DNA of 45,511 nucleotides, from positions 13,646-59,156 of the forward strand of contig JAQGDQ010001152.1 of NCBI GenBank assembly GCA_030141605.1. The letters are read 5' to 3'. The notes beneath the pieces are model-generated. The model saw nothing but the letters and a program-made list of their open reading frames with translations. It did not search any database and was not told the DNA's origin. Positions within the stretch are counted from its first letter, which is position 1. Every line of letters begins with the position of its first letter. Below are positions 1-11,379 of this stretch, piece after piece. Origin of the DNA: Tubiluchus corallicola. Lineage: Eukaryota > Animalia > Priapulida. A program made the position numbers and the translations under genes.

Positions 1-1226
1 CAAGTTGAACAAGTGGCATACACAAAAACTGTAAGACAACTTAAGCAAGTCGCATACACAAAAACTGTAAGACAAGTTGAACAAGTGGCATACACAAAAA
101 CTGTAAGACAAGTTGAACAAGTGGCATACACAAAAACTGTAAGACAAGTTGAACAAGTGGCATACACAAAAACTGTAAGACAAGTTGAACAAGTGGCATA
201 CACAAAAACTGTAAGACAAGTTGAACAAGTGGCATACACAAAAACTGTAAGACAAGTTGAACAAGTGGCATACACAAAAACTATAACACAAGTTGAGCAA
301 GAGGCATACACAAAAAAACTTTAAGACAACTTAAGAGGCATACACCAAAAAACTTTAAGACAACTTAAGCAAGTCGCATACACAAAAACTGTAAGACAAG
401 TTGAGCAAGTCGCATACACAAAAACTGTAAGACAAGTTGAGCAAGAGGCATACACAAAAAGTGTAAGACAACTTAAGCAAGTCGCATACACAAAAACTGT
501 AAGACAAGTTGAACAAGTGGCACACACAAAAACTGTAAGACAAGTTGAACAAGTGGCATACACAAAAACTATAACACAAGTTGAGCAAGTGGCATACACA
601 AAAACTGTAAAACAAGTTGAGCAAGTCGCATACACAAAAACTGTAAGACAAGTTGAACAAGTGGCACACACAAAAACTGTAAGACAAGTTGAACAAGTGG
701 CATACACAAAAACTATAACACAAGTTGAGCAAGTGGCATACACAAAAACTGTAAGACAAGTTGAACAAGTGACATACACAAAAACTGTAAGACAAGTTGA
801 ACAAGAGGCATACACAAAAAAAACTATAACACAAGTTGAGCAAGAGGCATACACAAAAAAAAACTATAACACAAGTTGAGCAAGAGGCATACACAAAAAA
901 ACTGTAAGACAACTTAAGCAAGTCGCATACACAAAAACTGTAAGACAAGTTGAGCAAGTTGCATACACAAAAACTGTAAGACAAGTTGAGCAAGAGGCAT
1001 ACACAAAAAGTGTAAGACAACTTAAGCAAGTCGCATACACAAAAACTGTAAGACAAGTTGAACAAGTGGCACACACAAAAACTGTAAGACAAGTTGAACA
1101 AGTGGCATACACAAAAACTATAACACAAGTTGAGCAAGTGGCATACACAAAAACTGTAAAACAAGTTGAGCAAGTGGCATACACAAAAACTCGCAAAGTT
1201 GAGCAAGTGGCTACACAAAAAGACAT
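1..1226. repeat. 36-bp tandem minisatellite (~34 units, truncated at window start), in an intron of the SAM-domain gene
   Basis: Unit CAAGTTGAACAAGTGGCATACACAAAAACTGTAAGA repeated head-to-tail with variant units. A-run length changes break the reading frames, so the ORF-track 12-aa repeats (QVEQVAYTKTVR etc.) are by-products. Confidence 0.97.
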
Positions 1227-1291
1227 GTAACAATATTTAAATAAAATTCAAGGTAATCAGAATAAATGAAAATGAAATGTAGTTATGTCAC

Positions 1292-4051
1292 CTTTGTTCC
1301 TCAGCTGCTTTATCTCCTTTAAAAATTTATCACAGGTAAGAGGCATAATCTTCATGTGATTAATCATAAAATCTTTCTTCAGCTCCAACAGCTGTTCTCC
1401 ATCAACATCATTTCTGCAATGTTTAATATTCTTCAAATAACCAGTAAGACTAGAACATAACCAATAAGACAATACTTTTGGTGAAAGAATTTATACATAA
1501 TTCTCAAACTGACAAAAAATTACTAAACATACTGTATTGTTTACCATGTACCCTTTTTCCAGCAAAAACCTGTCTCACACACTGAATGTAGAGACCCGAG
1601 GTAGGCCACAACTTTTATTAAGATTTAAGATTTATTGACATACAAAAACAAAAACAATACAGCATAACAAACATAATGACATCTGGTGAGACGTATGAGT
1701 ACTATGAGTACATATAACAAAAAAATTTCAAATTAATATATATTACAACAACTACAAAATTTAAAATACACGATATAATAATTTAAGCCTGATTACAAGA
1801 AATTGCTGTTATTGGTTATTAAGAGGTAGCTGACATTCTAAAGGTATATAATTAAAAATATACTATTTTATGTAAAAAATAAGAAGTATGTGTACTTTAA
1901 TTTATTTTCAATTGGAAAAGCACTCGAATACAAATTTACAAATGAAAGTTATAATTTTGGTATCACTACTACAATTACTATAATTATCATTACCACATAA
2001 TTATTAGTACATTTATAATATAAACACATTAAAGTAGCAATTGATCCATGAACTTTTTATCATGCCCGAAAATGATCTTTTGAAATGAAATTATATATCT
2101 CACTTACTAGCAAAATCTGCTAATTCCGCAGCCAATTTCATAAATACGAACACATGCAGCAAGCTTGAGAAAGAATACTAGAAGCACAGGAGATAACAAC
2201 TGTACAGCAAGATATTCACTTACGTAGTCTATTAGCCATACATTTTAATACAAACTTTGTGCTATTTTCACATGAGAAACAAAAACCGAGCTGCTGAAAT
2301 AAAACTCTTATTTGAAGAAGCAAAAATGGCTTTTTTGCCTGACTGAGGCCTGAAGCGTTTTTTCTTGTAGGTCAAAATTAATGTATTTTTTTATAACACT
2401 GTCAATATTGTTTTTGTTGCAGCGAAATGTTTTCCTTGAAATAGTGACACAGCTACATGCAAAGAAGATGTTAAAAAGAGATACGTGAAGACATGCCAAT
2501 TATGGACATTACTTCCATAAAAAACAACTACTCCATAAATTATTCACAGTTAGGTGGAATTAGCAAGCACAGACGACAAATGGAAAAAAACATAAAAGTG
2601 ACTAAAAGTTTAAAATACTTTATGAAACTGTCCCTATACTGGCGCAACGTGTCTTTGCATAAGCTGCTAACCCAATTTCCCACATCCTCCACAGTCCATT
2701 CACTCACAGGATTAATCGGAGTAAACTTTTGTTGTGGAATGGGTTTCCTGTGAATATTGTCATTCTCAACATTGAAGCTGTCCCCCCCTTTGCCAGGCAC
2801 AACCTACATAAAACATCAAACAACAGGTAGGCCAACATCAAAATTTTATTATCGTCATAATCATCATCATCACCGGCATTATCATCAAAATTATCATTAT
2901 GATGTCTAATTACCAACCTTATACCACATCAAATCACCAGCTAAAGAAAATGCCATCAAGGATGGAGTTTACCTGACTGATTTATCAGAATCCTTGTTGT
3001 AAACTCTGGTTAATCAAGTTATCCTAAATAATTATCTTTCCTTAACTAACAACCAGGCTTTAAACATACAACACTTACGCAAATACAGCAAAATGTATGC
3101 AACAGACAAATATTACCATGTAAAAATGAATTTGAGAATTTCAAATATTCTCGACCACAGCTTGTTATGTTAAATAGCGTGAATGCAATTTGCTCAATAT
3201 TACAACTATTACTTTTTTAGTTAAAAAATAAAATAAAAACACTGCAAAACCATCCTGTAAAAAAGGGTTAAAGTTTTTATGCTTTAAAGTTTTAATACAC
3301 TTGTTGCTTTCGAAATAAAATAATTCTTAAAATAGAAAAATTTTAACCTTTAAACTTAGGATTTAAGAACTTTGGTCTGGTGATAGCTTTTGACCCACCT
3401 TTACAATCTCAGTATTTTCATGATTCTGTAAACACACTTTTGTTTCTTCACACTTTTGTTTCTTCACAACATAATCATCAAGCGTTGCTTGATTTTCCAT
3501 TTCTCCTATAATATTTGTAAAATAAATCAAACAAAACAATAAAAAGCAAAAAGCAGGCCTACCCAAAAAAGCCTAGAAATTATATAATATCAAAAATATA
3601 TTTTATCATGCCCATACTTTACTAAGAAATGGATAACAAGAGTGCATAAAACATGAAATATCGATAAAATTAAACTATGCAATTTTGAGATAAAAAAAAA
3701 CGTGTTAAACTGAAAATCCTAAATTGTAGTTGACTTAAATATCATATTCAGTCAGTTAAAATAAAAATCCACAATAAAGAAAAAAGAACACACCATTAGT
3801 TTTTGTAGTCTGAATTCAGAACTATCTTGAATGTGATTTAGTGTCTTTCGTGGCTTGTTTGCCTTGGTGTTTTAATTTCTGTGACTCTGGATTTTTTTCC
3901 ATTACTGTATTGTGGGATTATTCTATTAAAATTTGAGTCCATTCTTGTGAGTAAATATTACTTCAGGTATGTTAAAAAAATAATACTCACGTTTCATCCT
4001 ATTTAATCCTTTTACCCATTTCTGGGGCTTAACAGCTTTGTTCCTGGGCAT
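1292..4051 (-). CDS. N-terminal part of a multi-exon SAM (sterile alpha motif) domain protein; continues left of the window
   Basis: Phase-compatible GT-AG exons 4051-3991 (MPRNKAVKPQKWVKGLNRMK), 3505-3399, 2803-2619 and 1413-1292. The spliced product contains PVSEWTVEDVGNWVSSLCKDTLRQYRDSFIKNDVDGEQLLELKKDFMINHMKIMPLTCDKFLKEIKQL, a typical SAM pattern (W..EDV..W...Y...F..N.VDG..LL.L). Confidence 0.8.
1618..1920 (-). mobile_element. Possible 3' end remnant of a CR1/L2-clade LINE
   Basis: Minus strand ends in AATAAATCTTAAATCTT, a short tandem tail after AATAAA, preceded by a T-rich 3'UTR-like tract. No clear protein motif; boundaries approximate. Confidence 0.3.
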
Positions 4052-4775
4052 ATCTTAGGGAACATAGATGCACAGTCTTAGTGAGGCATCAAGTTTATAT
4101 GCAAGTCAAGAACATATCTCTTCGATGAGTCTTTATTGCATTTTAAAATTATCCGTCTGTTAGCAAAGCTTCTTGAACTGAATTTAAAATTTTGCATCAC
4201 TATTTTTCTACTGTAGTGCAGACATACAATATTAAGGGTTACTTAAATAGGCTAAGCACTGTAAGCAGTGTCAGAGATGATAATACAAAAACCCCTGTAT
4301 GGAGAAGTTTCTCGTTTCATGACTTCCCTTAAATTAGTAGATAGTTTGATGGAGGTAATTAAAGATTGGTCATCAAGCAATGCAGAATTCTAAGAAAAAA
4401 GAAAAGGATAAATTCTAAAAGAAAGACTCAAATGCTGAATTTTGTTTTAGAACAGCATAAAGAAACAAAATAACAGATAACAGCATTAAAAAAGAAAGAT
4501 AACTTCGACATCAGTAGACTTGAACTCATGCCTTCTAAACTTTTGTACCCTAAGTTGATAACAGAAACAATTGCACATACTTCTAAAAATAATAAGTTTG
4601 AAATCATATTCAGCTATCTTTTAAAAGTTTCAGAAACAGTTGAAAAACACAGGTAAAAATTATACAAAAAAATGAACAGCATTATACAGTGTAAACTGTG
4701 TTGAATTAGTGTGTCACTTTCACAATCCAAACAAGTATATATTGGAAAACCAAAGACAAATTTAAGTGATTATAT

Positions 4776-6134
4776 TTACAAATGCCATTGCTGTTGCTCA
4801 CTGAGTTCATCTCTACACTGGCTTAACAATTCACGGAGTTCTATAACCAAAGAGTAATCCTTCCCAACACATACAAGAAGAATTGCTTCAGCTTGTTCTA
4901 AATGCTCCAATGAATTTTCAAAGTTGCCCAAATACAACTCAAGTTTTCCGATCTTCATTAATTGACGCCCTGTGTTAGGATCATATAATGGATAAAAACG
5001 TCGATAACAGTCAAGGGTTTGAGCACCATATTGAAGTGCAAGTTGCCATTTCTGTAGCTCTACAGCAGCATCCAATGCCCTGTCAAGAACTTGTACGAGT
5101 TTCACATTGAGACAATGATAAATGGATTGTTGGACTTTTAAGCACTCTTGACATAATTTGAGAATATATTCAGCTGACATTGTTCCACGATTTTTGTCTG
5201 ATAGTTGAGACAATGTGCTATCAGACACCATTTCGGCTTTTTTCCAAAGTTCATAATAATTATTATCAAAACTACTAAATCCACAACTCTGACAAGACAA
5301 AAAAGTTTCACCGGATTTTGTTATTGGACAAGAACAGCTGTGATTACCACATTTTGTACTCATCTTAAGCGCATTAACAACATAATCAGCACAACCTAAA
5401 CAATTACAGTCAAAGTAGTACTGTTCTTTTAGTGCTTTCTGCCTTTGCTCGGTTGTCTGGAGTAAATCAACGTATGACACAGAAGCAAGCTTATAATCAT
5501 TACCAGGAATATCAGCTATCACTCGTTGCTGAAGTAGTGGGCCAACAAACGTAGTTACAACATTAGGAACACATGAATGATTCAACATCGACGGCCCTAG
5601 GTAAAGACCTACACCTACAGGATTCATTTCTCTATCAGTTATCGTGTACGAATTTATTACCATCCTTCCAAAAATGTGCAATAATTCCCGCGGACCAGGA
5701 ATATCATTCAAATCCACATAAATGCGAAGACAATGCGCAATATGTGCAAACTGCTCTTGACGAGCAATATCATGTTTAATTTCTTCAGCATGTGTCATAA
5801 GGTCTTCAAAGCACCTATTAGGTATGCCTTCCACAAAGAAAGTTTCATTTGATGTATCCGTAGTTTGCAGTTTCCAAATTATACGAGCCATAAGCCTAAC
5901 ACTATCTGTAGGTACGTTTGGTGTCAGGCGTCTGAGTGCAATGCATTCTTTTTTGTGATCTAACCAAGCTTTCACTTGGCAATTCCGTGAACAGTATCGA
6001 GCAAATTTACACTGAGAGCACCTGCTCAAACAGACAAACTTCTCTAAACAATAGTCACATCTTTGTTTTCTCTCAAAGTTAGATAGGATGTAAACGAATG
6101 GTTCTGCAGTAATCAAGCAGTCGCCACACTTCAT
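4776..6134 (-). CDS. SMYD3: SET and MYND domain lysine methyltransferase, SMYD3-like, single coding exon (452 aa from ATG 6134)
   Basis: MYND finger (CDYC..CSQC...YCSRNCQVKAWLDHKKEC), SET motif SMLNHSCVPN, post-SET YYFDCNCLGC and a helical TPR-like C-terminus. PTDSVRLMARIIWKL resembles SMYD3. A splice acceptor (TTTTCTGCAG|6147) lies just upstream of the ATG. Confidence 0.9.
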   Translation of the reverse strand: MKCGDCLITAEPFVYILSNFERKQRCDYCLEKFVCLSRCSQCKFARYCSRNCQVKAWLDHKKECIALRRLTPNVPTDSVRLMARIIWKLQTTDTSNETFFVEGIPNRCFEDLMTHAEEIKHDIARQEQFAHIAHCLRIYVDLNDIPGPRELLHIFGRMVINSYTITDREMNPVGVGLYLGPSMLNHSCVPNVVTTFVGPLLQQRVIADIPGNDYKLASVSYVDLLQTTEQRQKALKEQYYFDCNCLGCADYVVNALKMSTKCGNHSCSCPITKSGETFLSCQSCGFSSFDNNYYELWKKAEMVSDSTLSQLSDKNRGTMSAEYILKLCQECLKVQQSIYHCLNVKLVQVLDRALDAAVELQKWQLALQYGAQTLDCYRRFYPLYDPNTGRQLMKIGKLELYLGNFENSLEHLEQAEAILLVCVGKDYSLVIELRELLSQCRDELSEQQQWHL

Positions 6135-6429
6135 TATGTACAGCAAACTGCAGAAAAGCACATTTTACTAACCATCAGGCAATTTGCAATACCAGGTTGT
6201 ACTTTTATGACAAACCTAAGAAAAAACACTATTCGTCAACTTGTTACAGATGCACTGTGAAAAAATCTTTATTTGGCTATAAACACAAAAGCTGCTCGGT
6301 GTATTGCAGCTTAAAATTCTTAGTGTAATTGTGACAGTGAAGCTAAAATAGCTTTAATAAAATATTGAATTTCACATTTGATGCTTCATCCCTGCTACAG
6401 ACTTGTCTGTTGAGCAACATGCATATTCT

Positions 6430-7770
6430 AGCTATATTATGCACAAAACGAAAATGAAGCTGCTACTACTATTGATATTACAATACTACTACTATAGCTG
6501 CTGTTGCTCCTACTACCAAAACTACAAAGTGTTATCATTGTCACTGCTGAGCACTATGGCCACCAACAATGATGGTCTAACCATCATTCCTTCTGCTGCC
6601 ATCAACACAACCACCACCATCATTAACCACATCATCACTACAGCTATTAGCAGTGTCACCCTATCCACCACTGTTGGCGCCACTTCCATTGTTACAGCTG
6701 TCATAGTAACATCACCACTATTTGAAGGCCAAAACTCCGGTGTTTAACTTGTACTCGTGTTGCATTCAAATAGGTTTTTCTTAGAAATCAAGTCTCAGAC
6801 TTGAGAAGAGTGTCGCTTACAAGCAGCCATAAAATAACACTCTCCCCAGAGACTGCTGAATATGTCTGGATATGATTTTGAACAGTAGTTTGCAGTTCTG
6901 AAATAATTTCTCCAACTGTTTTGACGATTAGCTACTCTCTGTATATACCGCATAGTGTATACCAACAATGATATTTGCCACCTACATTTTTCTGCATTAG
7001 TTCAGCGCACATGGACTTGGATTGATGAGTGAAGGACTTAAACTTTGGCTTCAAAATCCATGGACTTCTTTACCCTCTACTGAAGTGCTGCTAAGTAAAA
7101 TTACCATCCATAGTACTATCCTATTGCCACCATCAACTGTAGTCACACACCACTGTCATTACCACCTTCCAATCAAAACCAATCACAGCATGTGATTATA
7201 TTAAAACGGTGGCTCACCTTAGTCACACAGAGATAAAAACCTAACCCAGAGCCGTAGCTACAAACTATAGTAAGCAATTAACCACTTCACTGCCGTGCAA
7301 TTGTTGCTACTGCTATAGGCACTGCACATCACCACCACTTCTATTGTTACTATTGCCGCTGCTGCCATCATAGCTGTTGTGACAATCCCCCCACCACCAC
7401 CACCACCAATGCCACTGCTACCGCTGCCGCTGCTGTCGCCGCCATTCCACTGCCTCCTGCGTCTGCTAATACTAGTGTCATTGTTGCTACCGTTTCCCGT
7501 CGATGTATTAGCAAACTTGGTGAATGATGAAGAATGTTGAGAAAAAAGAGGAAGGAAAAGCAGAAAAGAAATAAAAGTAGAAGAAAATAAAAGCAAAGTT
7601 TCTGATCAGCAAAATATCGTTGTGTTGTTATTAAATAAATTTTTAAGTTTTATTGTGATTTAAATTCACAAAAATACTGTAACTGTAATTTTTTCTAAAA
7701 GTATAAGTGCCGATGTCATTGTCGTCATCATCGTCATCAGTATCACCACCATCATCATCTCTGCACTTGA
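6430..7770. repeat. Degenerate trinucleotide low-complexity tracts (CTA/CAC/CAT/GCT/GCC) at ~6430-6720, 7270-7500 and 7715-7760
   Basis: Decayed microsatellites; they explain the Thr/Ile-, Gly/Ser- and Met/Val-rich ORFs in the track. Confidence 0.75.
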
Positions 7771-8649
7771 AGTGGTAGTTTGTGATTCTAAAAAAAGCAT
7801 TGCACATTCAAGCATACATACATGAGTAAATATTGCCTGATTTATATCCATGTGTTTACATGCTCATGCTCATGCACATGTCACACAAGCATTCGCATAT
7901 ACGGAAACACGTATGCATCACGCAAGCATTCACACATACAGTTTTTGCAATATTTTGGCCATCCTTCACTTGTCAGTACAATTTGAATGTTGTATTTTGT
8001 ATAATTTTTTTTTGAAAAACATGTAACAACAGTGCTGTCAAATGGTGTCATTTGACCCAATAGCCATTCTAGTGTGTAGAAGAAATAAAGTCAGGCCTAA
8101 TGCTATAATTTTTTAGCTTGGATGTACATAATTTATACAATGTTGAAATAGTCATACCTAATTACATGTATGAATTGGCTTCACCTACCATCATCTGATG
8201 ACTCAATCCCAAATTTTGCAAGGTAGTCCTAATATGATCCACACTATATCTTTTCTGGGCCGTTTAATGACAAAAAATTGACAAAGATACAGGAAAAGCT
8301 ATGCAGCAGTGGCAACGTAGCAGACGACAGTTCAGCAGTAACATGGCTTTTTTGGCCATGAATGTTTTGTAGCTTGTATATCATCTTTTTAGACAATAGA
8401 GGACACCACAGCCTTTTGTTTTCAAAGCTAGATTCCTCAATTGCACTCTCAATTGCACATGGCATGTGTAAGTATTATTGCTACTGGCGTAGGCTTCAGT
8501 TAATTTGCATATTAAGCATGACGGTAGAGTCCTGTCATACAAGCCAGCCGGAATAGAATCTTGATGACGGAAGATTCTTGTCATACAGGCAGTGAAGTGG
8601 TTAACTTGGTAAGTTAGGTCTTAGAGATAGCTGTTCCATTCTTATAATA

Positions 8650-9405
8650 CTAGCAAAGGCCCCGCAAAAGATTTTGCGTAAAAAACCACGTGTAATCAAT
8701 AATACGCGAACATCCTACCTAGTCCTCATTTATAACACAAAGCCCGTAACATCATGCCTACTGTTTGTTTAACTAACGCAAAGCCTCTAGCTTTTTGCTG
8801 AATTAAAGTTATAAGCAGAGTATAATGGATTACGTCACAACAATGGCATTGTGTCAGCAGTTTTCTAAGCGAAAATTGCCGAAAATAGAACTGGTAATTA
8901 ACTCGCCAGTACTCCTCTCGGTGGACGTGTCCTAAAATGTAGCCTACATCATCGTGTAGCCCCATTCTTCCTCTTTCTAAAGAGCCGTATATCGCCTTCC
9001 GAGAGTCCCACCAGCCGTCGCTAGAACATTTTTTTGCAAGCTGTTTGACCAAAATTTCGAAAAAATCGCGAGTTCGGTCCGGGAAAACGCCCGTTACGGG
9101 ACACCGTGGCCCTCTCGCGAATTCTAAATAGGCCTATGACACCCACCGCTGAACGGGCTATCTATCTATACCCAGCACCACCCTCGGCCCATTCCTCAGG
9201 CGTATAACTTTTGCAAAAAATGGCCGAAAAATGGCCATTTTTGGAGGTTTTTCGCCCCCCCATACCTCCCGGTGGGCCCAATTCGAAAAATAAACCATCA
9301 ATGGCACGACACTAGATCGAGACCTTTCGTTTGGTATATAGATCTCCGCAAATGGTGCCCTCGTCGAAGCTGTAGCCTTGAATCTTATATATATATATAT
9401 ATATA
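8650..9405 (-). mobile_element. Non-autonomous Helitron-like element
   Basis: Minus-strand 3' end CGCAAAA-TC-TTTTGCG hairpin (8663-8678), then 9 nt, then CTAG|T (8650-8653). Body is GC-richer than the flanks; a (TA)n tract at 9386-9405 marks the presumed 5' end, which is uncertain. Confidence 0.6.
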
Positions 9406-9877
9406 CACCAAGAATATTAATATAAGAGAATAGATACAAATAGCATAACAAAATCGAATTTTTATGTGTACATGTACAGTCAGTAGCATACCTGGGTGTG
9501 CAAAGGGAGCAATGCATATTTTGCCATTTGAAAACGGTGTCAAATAAAAAATTATAAAACCAATACTTAAATTAACCAATAATAGGACTATATTTGCGTG
9601 AAAGGTGAAATTTCAATTCAGGCTCTATTGTCAATACATGATAAACCACTAATTATAGAATTAATATCGTAAATAATTATAAATCTCCAACATACAGTTT
9701 TAGTATTTTGTCACCGATTAGAATTATGCCTTTTGGATACCATCTTCTTATATAGCTGTATAGCTGTGCCCAGTTGTCTTAAACATAATGGACAGCTTAG
9801 ATTTGTGAAAAATCGTTTTGGGGGTTATTATTTGACACATTTTAACATATGTACAAGCAACAAGTGTATATTATAAA

Positions 9878-10629
9878 CATTGGCGGCTCATGTATAGGCA
9901 CTGTGGTACTGCAGCACCCCGTTTTCACTCATTATTCAATATATCTTTTTCTTTTTTTCTTTAGTTCTTTCTTTACACTTGTGTGGAACTAGAACACATG
10001 AGGGTAGTACTGTTTGATTCACAGGATGCTCACAGCCCCACCAACATGGTGTTTGGCTGTTGTGCGCATGAGGCCATGCGCATGTGTCTGAGATAAGCGC
10101 TGTGCTAGCGTATGCCAATCGGTAGAGAAAGTACTGTTGCTAACACAGTTTCAATTGTCACATGCTTATCGAGTACTAGCATATTCTTGGATGTGACAAA
10201 GTGTAGACTGTGTGCTTAAAATATAAATAACTTAATTATGAACCTCTTGCATCCCCAAGAAATAAGTTCTGTGGGTGTTGGTGGACTACAAAAGCTTTAT
10301 TTTTCACAGTTATCTCTCCAAGAGAAATGCAGTTAAGAAAAAGGCCGTTCAACACCTGATCTTCAAATATCTCAGCCAGCTGCAAATGACAAGAAGTATA
10401 TTCGTAGGCTTAATTCTAAATGGTACCAACAGAAAATCGGCTTTGTGGCTGTGAAGTAAAGAATGCATTGTTTTGCTACCCGTGTTTACTGTCTGGAGAT
10501 GACGTGACATGGACAATGAACATTAAAATTACATAATTTATGTGTGTCTCGTTTTACACAGTATTAAAACAATGGCTCAAAATTTTCTGAAGCAGCATCC
10601 CTACTAATTTTAGGTACGAGCCGCCACTG
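9878..10629. mobile_element. hAT-like MITE
   Basis: Termini CATTGGCGGCTC...GAGCCGCCACTG are inverted repeats. Flanks ATTATAAA/ATAATAGA are a 6/8-matching candidate TSD. Related copies at 32408-32857 and 34631-35143. Confidence 0.75.
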
Positions 10630-11379
10630 ATAATAGATATGTTAAAGCAGATAACTGATTTATAAACCAAGCTATTAGAGCAAAATGGTGAGTTTCGGTA
10701 TGCAATCAGTGTTGCAAAAAACTTTCTCGTTTAGCACATTCGATGTTCCGCTAGTCCAACCTATTTACATAATCTGAATTAATAATTAATTTGTAATAAG
10801 CTTAAATTAAAGATTTAATCAAGCATTTGACAGTCGCCGGGGGCGGGCCGAGTGCACACTCGCACTGAGCAGAGCCTCAACAGTACGCCACTGTATGTAC
10901 TACTTGTAAGTGTAAACTCTATAATTATTAAATTTTGAAATTGAGTACTTCGTTAAGTACAACACAAACACACAGCGCTCGTCTCCGTTGGGCACCGTTT
11001 ACAGCACTAGCCCATATACCACACAGTGCGTTATTTGAACTAACCTATATAGCAGACTGATAGCACCCACAGAGCATGCGACGTGCATGGTATATGAGTA
11101 GCCCAAATACAGCAGCAAAAAGTGAGCCTACTTTAAGCATCCGCTCACCTTGTTTATTTAAAAATAATTAATGATTTAAAACATCGTTAAAATTTAAATA
11201 ATTAATACTCATTTGGGTAAACTCGCGTGGGTGGTGAGTAGTTCAAAACTCATGCTGACCAACTACAAATGTACTGGTACTGGCTGTCATTGTAAAATTT
11301 AACGAAATAAGACTGAAAGCATTAATGTTTTCGATGGAGCTTAAACTAGCTCTAGTGAGCAATTGTTCCAATTATTAAT

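Noticed and set aside
1-1226. CRISPR array, or a repetitive Cys-rich/QVEQVAYTKTVR protein
   Set aside because: The 36-bp units are contiguous with no unique spacers, there are no cas genes and the context is eukaryotic. Frames are broken by A-run indels and are open on both strands only because the unit lacks stops in those frames.
6403-7851. ORFs 6403-6747, 6522-6704, 7258-7596 and 7666-7851 as genes
   Set aside because: Translations of decayed trinucleotide repeats with no recognisable domain.
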